Positions 47,412-56,620 of a DNA stretch of 64,000 nucleotides are shown piece after piece. The notes under the pieces are model-generated. The model made no database searches, was not told the origin of the DNA, and saw nothing but the letters and a program-made list of their open reading frames with translations. A program made the position numbers and the translations under genes. Source of the stretch: Bryobacterales bacterium (GTDB lineage: Bacteria > Acidobacteriota > Terriglobia > Bryobacterales > Bryobacteraceae); contig CAVXRP010000011.1 in the NCBI GenBank assembly GCA_963764105.1, forward strand, positions 70,851-134,850. Direction: 5' to 3'. Numbering within the stretch: position 1 is the stretch's first letter; each line of letters starts with the position of its first letter.

Positions 47412-47933
47412 GTGCGATCCATGTTTCGCCTCGCCCTCGTCCTTCTCCTGCCGCTGGCGCTGCCCGCGCGCGCGAACCTCGGCGAAAGCGTGGTCGATTG
47501 CGTCAAGCGCTACGGCAAGCCGATGGCCTTTTCCGAGGCTGGCGCGAAAAACCCGTTCGGCACGATGGTCTTCATCGCCGGCCCCTACCAGTTGCTCGTT
47601 TTTCTCAGTGATACGGTCGAGGTCGGCGCGCGCGTGACCAAGAAAGACAAGAGCGCGTTCACGGATGCCGAGATGAAAACCATCATGGACGCCGACGCCT
47701 CCACGCCGTGGATCCCCGCCGCCAGCACCGATCCCACCTGCCTGCAATGGACCCGCGCCGACCAGGCGACGGTGCTCTACGACAAGGACAAGAAAATACT
47801 CATCTTCACTTCGCCCCAGATGGCCGATGCGATGAAATCCAGGCCGCCGCCTGCACCCGCCGCGGCTACTCCGCCGGCGCCGCCGCGACCCCCGGTTCCC
47901 CTTGCGCCGCCGTTCCCACGCCGTGGGATCTGA
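47412..47933 (+). CDS. hypothetical exported protein with Pro-rich C-terminus
   Basis: Signal peptide FRLALVLLLPLALPARA. 173 aa, apparently intact. Confidence 0.5.
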   Translation: MRSMFRLALVLLLPLALPARANLGESVVDCVKRYGKPMAFSEAGAKNPFGTMVFIAGPYQLLVFLSDTVEVGARVTKKDKSAFTDAEMKTIMDADASTPWIPAASTDPTCLQWTRADQATVLYDKDKKILIFTSPQMADAMKSRPPPAPAAATPPAPPRPPVPLAPPFPRRGI

Positions 47934-48038
47934 TCTCGACCAACGCCGCCGCGGCGGCCTCCACGAACGGCCGCCCGCGAAGCCATAGCCCGCCGCGAAC
48001 CCGCCTTTGACAACCCACCCGATATCCTGTCCCTTGGG

Positions 48039-48794
48039 ATGGATGGAATACGCCTGCGCGATCACGCGGCCTCGTCAAACGCTTCGGGCCCAAGACCGCC
48101 GTCGACGGCCTGAGCCTCCGCGTGCCGGTCGGCATGCTCTACGGCTTCCTCGGCGTCAACGGCGCGGGCAAGACCACCACCCTGCGCGTGATCTCCGGCC
48201 TCATCCGGCCCGACGCGGGCGAGATTCGCGTCTGCGGCCTCGACGCCGTCGCCGAGCCGCAGCGCGCCAAGCAGCCGCTCGCCTACATCCCCGACGACCC
48301 CGTCCTCTACGGCAAGCTCAACCCGATGGAGCATCTCGAATTCGTCGCCGCACTCTGGAACGTCGAGCCGGTCCCTCGCCCGCCGGCGCGCGCAGCACCT
48401 GCTCGAACGCCTCGGCCTCTGGGACCGCCGGCATGAGTGGATCGAATCCTACTCGCGCGGCATGAAACAAAAAGTCGCGCTGGCCAGCGGGCTCATCCAC
48501 GAGCCCAAGCTGCTCCTGCTCGACGAGCCGCTCACCGGGCTCGACGCCTCCGCCGCGCGGCTGGTCAAGGACATCCTGCTCGAGTTCCTGCGCGCGGGCG
48601 GCTCGGTCATCCTCACCACCCACATCCTCGAGGTCGCCGAGCGGCTGGCCGAGCGCATCGGCATCATGAGCGGCGGTCGCCTCATCGCCGAGGGCACCAT
48701 GGCGCAACTGCGCTCCCATTCCGGCCAGGCCGCCGGTTCGCTCGAGGACATCTTCCTGCAATTGATCCAGGAAGAACGCGGGGAGATGCGATGA
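48039..48794 (+). pseudogene. ABC transporter ATP-binding protein, two frameshifts
   Basis: MDGIRLRD.. / KRFGPKTAVDGLSLRVPVGMLYGFLGVNGAGKTT (Walker A) / YSRGMKQKVALASGL (signature) and LLLLDEPLTGLD (Walker B) lie in three frames, with switches near 48062 and 48370. Confidence 0.8.
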
Positions 48795-49319
48795 AAATCA
48801 TCGCCCCGGTCATCGAATGCAACGAGCGGCACCTGCCGGCCATCCGGGATATTCTTAACGACGCCATCCTCAACTCGACCGCGATCTACGATTACGGGCC
48901 GCGCACGCCGGGCATGATCCAGCAATGGTTCGAGCACAAGCGCGACGAAAATTTTCCCGTGCTCGGCATCGAGACCACCGGCGGCGCGCTGGCCGGCTTC
49001 GCCACCTACGGACCGTTCCGCCCTTTTTCCGCCTTCAAATACACCGTCGAGCATTCGGTCTACGTGGAGCGCTCGCTGCGCGGGCAGGGATTCGGCAAGG
49101 TGCTCATGCGCGCGCTGATCGACACCGCGCAGGCGCAGCACCTGCACGTGCTCATCGGCGCCATCGACGCCTCCAACGAGGCCAGCATCCGCTTCCATCG
49201 CTCCTTCGGCTTCACCTCGTGCGGCGCCATCCGGCAGGCCGCCTACAAGTTCGGCCGCTGGCTCGACCTCGCTTTACCAACTCATCCTCCGCACCCCCGA
49301 CGCCCCGACCGAGGGGTAA
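48791..49319 (+). CDS. GNAT N-acetyltransferase (phosphinothricin-acetyltransferase-like), frameshift near 3-prime end
   Basis: ATGA overlap with the ABC gene. VYVERSLRGQGFGKVLM (acetyl-CoA motif) and FHRSFGF. After ..RWLDLA the expected FYQLILRTPDAPTEG* is in the -1 frame (TTT to TT at about 49274). The uncorrected ORF runs to 49381. Confidence 0.78.
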
Positions 49320-49325
49320 CGAATT

Positions 49326-49410
49326 TAGATAATGATTATAACGATTTTGATGAAGGGAACGGTCCATTTTGCTCTGAATAATCCTTTCAATCATTATTAA
49401 TCATTATCTA
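49326..49410. repeat. AT-rich element with 12-bp perfect inverted termini
   Basis: TAGATAATGATT (49326-49337) and AATCATTATCTA (49399-49410) flank 61 bp of AT-rich sequence between convergent genes. Confidence 0.6.
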
Positions 49411-50194
49411 GCCGTAGGTTGTCCCTCCAAACCAATTCCGCCTCACCCCATCCTCGGCTGCGCGCGTTTCCCGTCCCAATTCTCGCCCAGCTTCGGTGGC
49501 TGGCGCGCAGAGATGATAGCAAATCACCGTCGGGAGATGAACGCGGTTGCCGCGCGGCCATTGCTCGGCGAAGAGCACATCATCGTGCTGCGCCGTGCCG
49601 AGCGACCACGGATAATCCTTCTGCGCGCTCGCGTGCCAGAGCTGGAAAAAGCCGATCGGCACATAACCGCGCAGCGTGTCCACGTAGCGCGCGCCGATGT
49701 CGCGCTCGTGCACCGGATCGAGCAGGAAACTCCACGCCGCCTGCGGCGATTTCTGCCACTGCGTCGCGCAATTGCCGCAGCTCGTCGCGGCCGATCACGT
49801 CGATCCGGTCCGCGCCATAGATCGAGTTCGGGTCGAGATGCGTGTGGTTGAAGAGCACGCGCCGGAAATTGTCCGGCAGGATGATGTCCGAGTCGAGATG
49901 CAGCCGCCAGCCGTGGTACTGGAAGCGGCCGAACCCGGCGTTGATCGCCGCGCCCTTGTTGAAGTGGCGGCCGTTTTTGGTGAAGAGATCGGTCTGCACG
50001 CAGATCGCGCCGTGCTTCTTCGCGACCTGCTGCGTCGCGCGATCCTCGTGGCTCGTCACGACGATCATCGTGTCGAGATGCGGATGATTCAGCGGCAGCG
50101 TCAGGTCCAGCATATCGTCGAAGCCGACGCAGACCGTGACCGCTTCGAGCCGGAGCGACTCGAGGGCAAATTTGGCGGGGAGGGAATAGTTCAT
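49408..50194 (-). pseudogene. putative GT-A-fold glycosyltransferase-like protein, frameshifted
   Basis: The N-terminal 2/3 is in one frame (VTVCVGFDDMLD, NKGAAINAGF, HLDSDIILP). The C-terminal part (HERDIGARYVDTLRGYVPIGFFQLWHA..) is in another, with the switch near 49720. Family assignment is weak. Confidence 0.45.
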
Positions 50195-50283
50195 GGAGAG
50201 ATTAAGGTTTGAGGTTAAAAAATGGGCGCTATTTTCAGGTTGGCCCGGACAACTTGGGACTTGCGAATGTCACTGCTTGATGA

Positions 50284-50407
50284 TCCCGGAGGGATAACAG
50301 AGCCGTAGCCGGTGGTAGAGCGAGTTACTGCCGTGCGCAGCACCGAGCGTCACCACCGGAACAAAACAAAAAAGCGAACGCACCCCGGCAGGGGTGCCGG
50401 CACTCGG
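50284..50407. repeat. partial copy of the hairpin unit shared with the MITE family
   Basis: CCGGAGGGATAACAGAGCCGTAGCCGGTGGT..CACCACCGG..CCCCGGCAGGGGT resembles 52933-53030 and both arms of 62979-63270. Confidence 0.6.
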
Positions 50408-51102
50408 TGACTGCACAGAGGCCTCAACCTAGTTGTCCTGCTTTCGCTGGCACGGCATTGCGAGCGAAGAGGAAGTCGCCCGTAACGATGTGACCGATAG
50501 TTTTGTTTGCGCGGCAACGAAACGGCTCACGCCGCTTCCTGCCACACCGGTTCGGAATTTTCCGCGGCGGACTCGTCCGCCGCGCGGGGTGTGAGGAAAA
50601 AGTGCTCGCCTTCGACGACCTCCATGCCGGCGGCACGGAGTTCCTCGCGCGAAAGTTTTCCCAGGTCGGCCACCAGCGCCTCCTGGTCGACCACCGGCTC
50701 GGGGATGCGCAGGTAGCGCCGGCCCCACGGCAGCGCCGCCAGGGCCGTCGCGATGCGCGACCACGTCCAGCGCCGGCTCGCGCGCTCGATCCTCGGCAGC
50801 TCCGCGCGAAAACCGATCGTCAGGCGCGGCGGAGGTGAGCGAGCCATCCGGTCCAAATTCGTCCCGGTGGTCGCGCGCCCACGCCTCGGCCCAGTTCGTT
50901 TCGAGCGCGAGAAGATTTGCAGCTCGGTCAACTGGGCGCGATGACGCTGGCGCACGGCGGCGATCTCGGTTTCCTGCGCGCCCCCACTCCTCCTCGCGCT
51001 CGCGGTGCAGCTCGGCGATGTTTTCCAGCAACGCCTCAAGTTGCGCCCGCGAGCGGATCGCCGGCGCGGCCGGCGCCGGATGGGCGGGGACCGCGGGCGC
51101 GT

Positions 51103-51390
51103 TCACGCGGCCATCGCAAAGGGGTTCGCCAGCGCCCGCTCCAGCGGATGGCCGAACCGGCCCCGATAGAAATTGCAAAGGCTGTTCCGCGTCACGCGCA
51201 CGTGAAGGCGCGGCCGCTTCCCCTTCGCCGTTATCTTCGAGGGATTGATCGGCTGCGCCTTCAGGTCGCCGCTGTCGATCAGTTTGTGGACCGTGTGGCG
51301 CGAAACAGAGAGCAACTGGGCAACTTCGCGGATTTTAACGAGGGGCGGAACGGGTTCTTTCTTGTTGAATAAGTTAATATTTGTCGACAT
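51103..51390 (-). CDS. excisionase-family helix-turn-helix DNA-binding protein
   Basis: LVKIREVAQLLSVSRHTVHKLIDSGDL is a typical MerR/excisionase-type HTH. 95 aa. Confidence 0.55.
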   Translation of the reverse strand: MSTNINLFNKKEPVPPLVKIREVAQLLSVSRHTVHKLIDSGDLKAQPINPSKITAKGKRPRLHVRVTRNSLCNFYRGRFGHPLERALANPFAMAA

Positions 51391-51629
51391 AAGATTGGGG
51401 TATTTTCACTCGACGGACGAACTGCCCCGCCGAGGGAGGACGAGCTTTTTAGCGAAAAAAGAGCAGCTAAGTCAACAAATATCAACAAAACATCGCCTTT
51501 TCCGTAAAAAAAATCAGCCCGCCGCCGCAGTACTCCAAGCTGGCCCAATTCCCGCGCGGTGCGTAGCATCGGTGTCAAAACCGCCTTTCTCCATGAAAAC
51601 CACCGGCCACGTGCCAGGAGGGCAACCCT

Positions 51630-52726
51630 ATGACCTCGCGGGAACGAATGCTCGTCGCCCTGGAAAACGGCCGCCCGGACCGGCTTCCCTGCCAGGTCAC
51701 GGCTGGATGGACTATTACCTGAACCATTACCTGGGCGGCATCGACTGGTACGAAGCCTGCGCGAAGTTCGGCCTGGACTACGCCATCTACGTCTCGCCCG
51801 ACTATACCTACGCCCATCCGACCTCGCCCAGTGGCAGAAAGACCGCCGCGACCTGGGTCTGGACCCGCAGGGCAATCGTTGCTGGAAGGAGACCATCACG
51901 ACGCCCAAGGGCAAACTCCACCACGCCGGGGCTTCCAATGAAATCACCCGTTGGACGACCGAACACCTCATCAAGAACGAAGCCGATTTTGCCTTATGGG
52001 ATCGATTCTGCCCGGTTCCCGTTGCGGCGATTTCGAGAAAATCCAGGCCGCGCGGGACAAGCTGGGCGATAAAGGCATCGTGCGCAGCCATCCCTTCAGC
52101 CCTGGACAGGGAAGCCCCTGGCAAAGCTTCTGCATGCTCGTCGATGTCGAGCCCGCCATCATGTTGGCCATGGACGAGCCCGGGTTTGTGCATCATGCCC
52201 TCCAATCGATCCTGCAGCGCACCTTGCGCGTGACCGAAATGTGGCAGGGCACGCCCGCCGACATGGTCGAGACCGGTGGCGGCGCCGGTTCCAACACCGT
52301 GATCAGCCCGAAGATGTTCGAGGAATTCTGCCTGCCCTACGATCAGCGCCAACACGCGGCCCTGCGCGCGGTTGGACTGAAAATCGTCTACCACCTTTGC
52401 GGCGGCCTCATGCACCTGCTCGAACTCGTCGCGCAAAACGGCGCGCACGGCCTCGAGACGATGACGCCGCGCTCCATGGGTGGCGACTGCGACCTGCGCG
52501 AAGCCTCACGCCGCGTCGGCGACCGCCTCTTTTTATCGGCGGATTCGACCAAAACGCCGGCTTCGAGCGCGGCACCCCCGCGGCGGCGCGCCAGCTTGTT
52601 TTCGATTGCTTCGAGGCGACCAAGGATCACGCCGGCTACATCCTCGCGCCCTCGGACCATTTCTTCCACGGCGCGCCCGAGAATCTGCTCGCCTTCGCCC
52701 AGGCCGCCCGCGAATGCCGATACTGA
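51630..52726 (+). pseudogene. uroporphyrinogen-decarboxylase (URO-D) superfamily protein, at least 4 frameshifts
   Basis: MTSRERMLVALENGRPDRLPCQV / HGWMDYYLNHYLGGIDWYEAC.. / DLAQWQKDRRDLGLD.. / GDFEKIQAARDKLGDKGIV..EEFCLPYDQR..YHLCGG.. / FIGGFDQNAGFERG..ILAPSDHFF are distributed over the three frames. The two switches I localised to the base (near 51686 and 52021) are each a lost base in a homopolymer. Confidence 0.72.
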
Positions 52727-52734
52727 TCTCGCGT

Positions 52735-53040
52735 TAGGGCCTGTTCACACTAAGGTGATGGGGGCCTGCCTTTATCCCGGAGAAGACCTCTAAAACTCAA
52801 AAAACTAGCTCTCCGTCATCCCGAGCTTGTCGAGGGATCAGTTCAGTCGAGGCGAGAACCGAGGTGCGGAACTGATCCTTCGACTTCGCTCAGGATGACA
52901 GAACTTGCAGAGAGAGCTTTTCGCAGAGGTCTCCGGAGGGATGACAGAACTGTAGCCGGTGGTAAGCCTGCGAAGCAGGCGCCACCACCGGTTTGTGGCC
53001 CATAAAACGATTCCGACCCCGGCAGGGGTCGCAGCACCTT
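52735..53040. mobile_element. MITE family copy A (one terminus only, carries a nested insertion)
   Basis: Starts with TAGGGCCTGTTCACACTAA. After removal of 52783-52938 it is colinear with the reverse complement of the right half of copy B (62979-63270). Confidence 0.7.
52783..52932. mobile_element. nested 150-bp MITE with 8-bp TIRs and 6-bp target-site duplication
   Basis: TIRs AGACCTCT (52784-52791) and AGAGGTCT (52925-52932). Flanking direct repeats CCGGAG (52777-52782 and 52933-52938). Contains an 85-bp hairpin (arms 52815-52844 and 52869-52899). Confidence 0.75.
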
Positions 53041-53118
53041 CTCCTCGTTCCCAAGCGGCAGCAAACCCCGTCAACGATCAGGTCGGCCTGTAGCGGCGGT
53101 CTCTGACCGTCGCCGATT

Positions 53119-53289
53119 GAGCCCCAACGGGGCGACACAAGAGAGCCCGGGGCAACGCCCCGGGAAAAACCAACTAGCGACCAGCCCTGAAAGGGCGCGA
53201 CACATTGTTTCGCCCTTTCAGGGCTGGAATTCCATTCCCTGCCCACCCAGGGCGATGCCCTGGGCTACCAGTTTCGCCCCGTTGGGGCT
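53119..53289. repeat. 171-bp nested-hairpin element (outer 16-bp stem enclosing three hairpins)
   Basis: Outer stem AGCCCCAACGGGGCGA / TCGCCCCGTTGGGGCT (53120-53135 / 53274-53289). Inner stems CCCGGGG/CCCCGGG (53146-53164), AGCCCTGAAAGGGCG/CGCCCTTTCAGGGCT (53183-53225) and CCCAGGG/CCCTGGG (53246-53264). Confidence 0.75.
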
Positions 53290-53663
53290 TCTGACTGTGG
53301 CCAAGGTTCCAACGCCTTCTTCACGCTGTTTTTTCTGCAACCGCGGACACCGTTTTAATTAACTTGCTCTACCTCCTCTCTGCGAAACCTGCCTTCCCGC
53401 CTCTCATCCGGGATGCCCGGCTGTCACCAAAATGTTGCAAATGAATTAAACAATGAGGTTGACTTATCGCTCGGACCGAGCACGATAAGCATTGCTTACT
53501 TGAAGTAATGCGCCCCGTCTGATTTTAAGTCGGGCTTATGTTGAACCGATTTTGGTCAGAAATCGACGCATGATTAGCAGCGCTCATTGATGAACCATTG
53601 CTTCCAACCACCCCATATAAAGCTGTCGACCCTCGGAAATCACCCAACCCAAAAGGGAAGAAA

Positions 53664-54335
53664 ATGAAAACACCCCACTCCACCTCCAAAAAATTAATCG
53701 GCGGACTGTTTGCCGCCCTCCTCGGCCTATGCTCGTTCAGCGCAGCCCACGCACAATTGATCTCCATTGATTTCAATTCGCTCGATTTTAGCAACGGCCC
53801 GGTTGAGGGAACAGCGTTGGATAACTTTTTCGCCGGTTACGGCATCACCTTGACCAACAACAATCCGTCTAATACAACTCTTATCATATATGATAACGAT
53901 GGCGCAGGTATCATTCCGCCATATTTAAAGCAAAATGTTGGTAATAATGAGGGTGTAAGCTTCACTATGAATTTCTCACAACCGGTTTCAGATATAAGTT
54001 TTGATCGTGCTCCTACCGGGAATATTCAGACTTATCCCCAATGGTCCGTTACTGCATTCTCTGGAGCCACAAATCTTGGGTCAGTGGGAGCAGGGCTGTC
54101 TTGGGTCTACAATGCACCTGCAGAGAATTTCACCTTGAATTACAACAACATCACCTCACTCACATTGGAAGCGGACAATTACTATTTTGCTGGCCTAGGT
54201 GCGCCGCTGCTAAACAACTTCACCTATACGCAGAATGGGGCCCCGTCATCTGTTCCCGAACCCTCGACTTGGGCGATGCTGCTAGGCGGGCTGGGAATGC
54301 TGTTTTTTGGGCATCGTCGTAAGCTCAAGGCTTAA
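53664..54335 (+). CDS. PEP-CTERM sorting domain protein
   Basis: Signal peptide MKTPHSTSKKLIGGLFAALLGLCSFSAAHA (internal ATG). C-terminal VPEPSTWAMLLGGLGMLFFGHRRKLKA. Confidence 0.8.
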   Translation: MKTPHSTSKKLIGGLFAALLGLCSFSAAHAQLISIDFNSLDFSNGPVEGTALDNFFAGYGITLTNNNPSNTTLIIYDNDGAGIIPPYLKQNVGNNEGVSFTMNFSQPVSDISFDRAPTGNIQTYPQWSVTAFSGATNLGSVGAGLSWVYNAPAENFTLNYNNITSLTLEADNYYFAGLGAPLLNNFTYTQNGAPSSVPEPSTWAMLLGGLGMLFFGHRRKLKA

Positions 54336-54646
54336 GGGTAGAATCCCCTCTGGGTAGCGACAAATATGAGTCCCACCACACTCTATCTGGCGTCCGGAGC
54401 CGTTCTGGTGCTTGCTTCTTTGGTCGGGATGAATACCTCCACCATCGGCAGAGTCGGCGGCTTGAGATACAAAAACGGGCCCGGCGGAATCTGGCCATTG
54501 CCCTTCTTATTGTTACTTTCGTCCTGTTCGCCTTTGGTCTGTTGGCTCAATTAGAGACAGCGATGTATCTCCCCGGCCCGGCCCATTGAATTGCTCCTCG
54601 TTCCCGAGTTTCTGAATCTGCCCCGAAAAAATGGACAGAGGGTTGT

Positions 54647-54657
54647 GGGGGGGGGGG
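54647..54657. repeat. G11 homopolymer
   Basis: Eleven consecutive G residues, about 10-20 bp outside the left end of the IS4 element. Confidence 0.9.
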
Positions 54658-54665
54658 AAGTGTGT

Positions 54666-56240
54666 GAAAAAGAGGACGGGCATGAATGGCGCTAAGATAA
54701 GCGAACTTTAAGTAGTAATAATTGCGATTGGAATGCCTCTTGCTCAGAGGTGGAAATGACATCTACCACCCCGTTTTTCAAGCCGTTTGGAGCGTTACTT
54801 TTTGGCCGCCGCGGCCAGTCGGCGCTGGATTCTATATCGAGGCTCGAAAGCCTGGAAGATCTCTATGCGATCTTTGGCGATTTGTTTGCCGAGCGCCTAT
54901 TGGAACGCAGCGACAAGGGAATCAACAGTCGCCGCCGGAGCTTGCCGCCGCCGGTGACGTTTTGGGCCTTTGTGGCGCAGGCCTTGAGTCCGAAAACATC
55001 GTGCCGCGAGGTGGTGCGGCGGGTGGAGGCGTGGTGGCGCTGGGGCCAATTGCGCTCGGCCTCATCGATCACCGATAGCGCCTATATTCAGGCCCGGCAA
55101 CGGCTCGATCTTTCCACCCTGCGTTTGATCCGCGGCCAGGTGGCCTGGCAGTTGGAACGCACGGTCTTGAAGGAGGAGCGTTGGCTGGAGGGGCGCGAGG
55201 TGAAGATCATCGACGGCACGAGCTTTTCCATGCCCGATACGGCGGCCAATCAGGCGGTGTGGCCGCAGCCCAGCGGACAACAAAGCGGCTGCGGTTTTCC
55301 GGTGGCCAAGATGATGGGGCTTTTTTCCCTTTCCAGCGGGGCGTTGCTGGAGGAGTGCGTGGGCGATCTTCATCACCATGACAGCCTGCTTTTCCGCTCC
55401 TTGTGGGATCGACTCTCCAAGGGCGACATTGTTTTGGGAGATCGGGGCTTCTGCTCCTATGGGGCGATGGCGGCTCTGTCGGAGCGTGGGGTGGACACGG
55501 TCATGCGACTGCATCAACTGCGTAAAGCTGATTTGCGCCGGGGCCAACGACTCGGGCCGGGCGATCAACTCGTGGAGTGGAGCAAACCGGCCAAGCCGCC
55601 TCTCCATGTCACGCCAGCCCAGTGGGAGTTATTGCCGCCAACCCTGTCCGTGCGCCTTATCCGCGTGGTGGTCGAAACGCCCGGCTTTCGCACCCGCAGC
55701 GTGCTTATCGCCACCACGCTCACCGCTGCCGCGCTTTATCCCGCCGACGCCATCCGCGAACTCTACGCCCGGCGCTGGACCATCGAACTCCACTTCGCCC
55801 AGATCAAAACCATCCTCCAACTCGACGTGCTGCGCTGCCAGAGCCCCGGCATGATCCACAAGGAACTCCAAATCCATTTGATCGCCTACAACCTCGTGCG
55901 CGCCCTCATGCAAAAGGCCGCCCACCTCCACGACGTTGTGCTGGAGCGCATCAGCTTCAAAGGCACCCTCGACACCTTGCGCCACTGGGCGGCGGCCATC
56001 CACGCCTCCTCCAAGACCCCGCGCAAGCAGGCCGAACTCATCCGCCGCATGTTGGAGGCCATCGCCGCTGATCCGCTGCCCTTGCGCCCAGGTCGGGCCG
56101 AACCCCGCGCCAAAAAACGAAGACCTAAAAACTATCAGCTTCTCAATAAACCGAGGCACGAAATGAAACCCTCGCCCCACCGCAACAAACGTCCTAAAAC
56201 CGCCTTATCTTAGCGCCATTCATGCCCGCCCCTTTTCTCC
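54666..56240 (+). mobile_element. IS4-family insertion sequence
   Basis: 25-bp perfect terminal inverted repeats CGGGCATGAATGGCGCTAAGATAAG (54677-54701 and 56204-56228), with imperfect extension to about 54666/56240. A single transposase ORF whose stop codon lies inside the right repeat. Confidence 0.85.
54750..56213 (+). CDS. IS4-family DDE transposase
   Basis: 487 aa, intact. DDE context IIDGTSFSM, VLGDRGFCS and YARRWTIELHFAQIK (Y-2-R-3-E-6-K-like). Confidence 0.9.
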   Translation: MEMTSTTPFFKPFGALLFGRRGQSALDSISRLESLEDLYAIFGDLFAERLLERSDKGINSRRRSLPPPVTFWAFVAQALSPKTSCREVVRRVEAWWRWGQLRSASSITDSAYIQARQRLDLSTLRLIRGQVAWQLERTVLKEERWLEGREVKIIDGTSFSMPDTAANQAVWPQPSGQQSGCGFPVAKMMGLFSLSSGALLEECVGDLHHHDSLLFRSLWDRLSKGDIVLGDRGFCSYGAMAALSERGVDTVMRLHQLRKADLRRGQRLGPGDQLVEWSKPAKPPLHVTPAQWELLPPTLSVRLIRVVVETPGFRTRSVLIATTLTAAALYPADAIRELYARRWTIELHFAQIKTILQLDVLRCQSPGMIHKELQIHLIAYNLVRALMQKAAHLHDVVLERISFKGTLDTLRHWAAAIHASSKTPRKQAELIRRMLEAIAADPLPLRPGRAEPRAKKRRPKNYQLLNKPRHEMKPSPHRNKRPKTALS

Positions 56241-56278
56241 TTGACTTGTCCCATGAAACATTTCTGTTAATTGGCGAG

Positions 56279-56620
56279 ATGAACGCAAGACTACCCTTTG
56301 TCTTATCCTTCGTCATTATCGCTTCTCTATTCCTGTCAGGCTGTAAGGATAAAGACGAAGCTAAACATATACTGCCTAGTGTAGATGCTGCTTTCCCAAA
56401 CTCATACATACTAAAAATTGATCCTCGCCTGCTATGGATACAGACGCATGTATCTGGAATAAGTCCCATCACAGCGGAACAGATGTACGTTGAAGCCTGC
56501 AAAAAAGCTACAATTCCCATAATCGGAAAGATCAAGATTAATTGGGGATTCATCAAATCAAATGGCCACATGAGTCTCTTTGCGCAACGGTGTGAGACTG
56601 GTCCTCAAATCCGTTGCTAG
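56279..56620 (+). CDS. lipoprotein, hypothetical
   Basis: MNARLPFVLSFVIIASLFLSGC lipobox at the internal ATG. Lies in a low-GC segment. Confidence 0.55.
   Translation: MNARLPFVLSFVIIASLFLSGCKDKDEAKHILPSVDAAFPNSYILKIDPRLLWIQTHVSGISPITAEQMYVEACKKATIPIIGKIKINWGFIKSNGHMSLFAQRCETGPQIRC

Noticed and set aside
46893-48065. 390-aa minus-strand ORF (also 51279-52448 at 389 aa and 60345-61355 at 336 aa).
   Set aside because: Their Arg/Gly/Pro/Ala-rich composition is typical of antisense frames in high-GC DNA. Each overlaps recognisable (frameshifted) genes on the plus strand.
50429-51178. 249-aa and 170-aa overlapping minus-strand ORFs downstream of the excisionase-like gene, as a distinct annotated gene.
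   Set aside because: They probably represent one frameshifted hypothetical gene (..RSRAQLEALLENIAELHREREEEWG.. joined to ..ALPWGRRYLRIPEPVVDQEALVADLGKLSREELRAAGMEVVEGEHFF..). With no recognisable family and uncertain boundaries, I did not list it as a feature.
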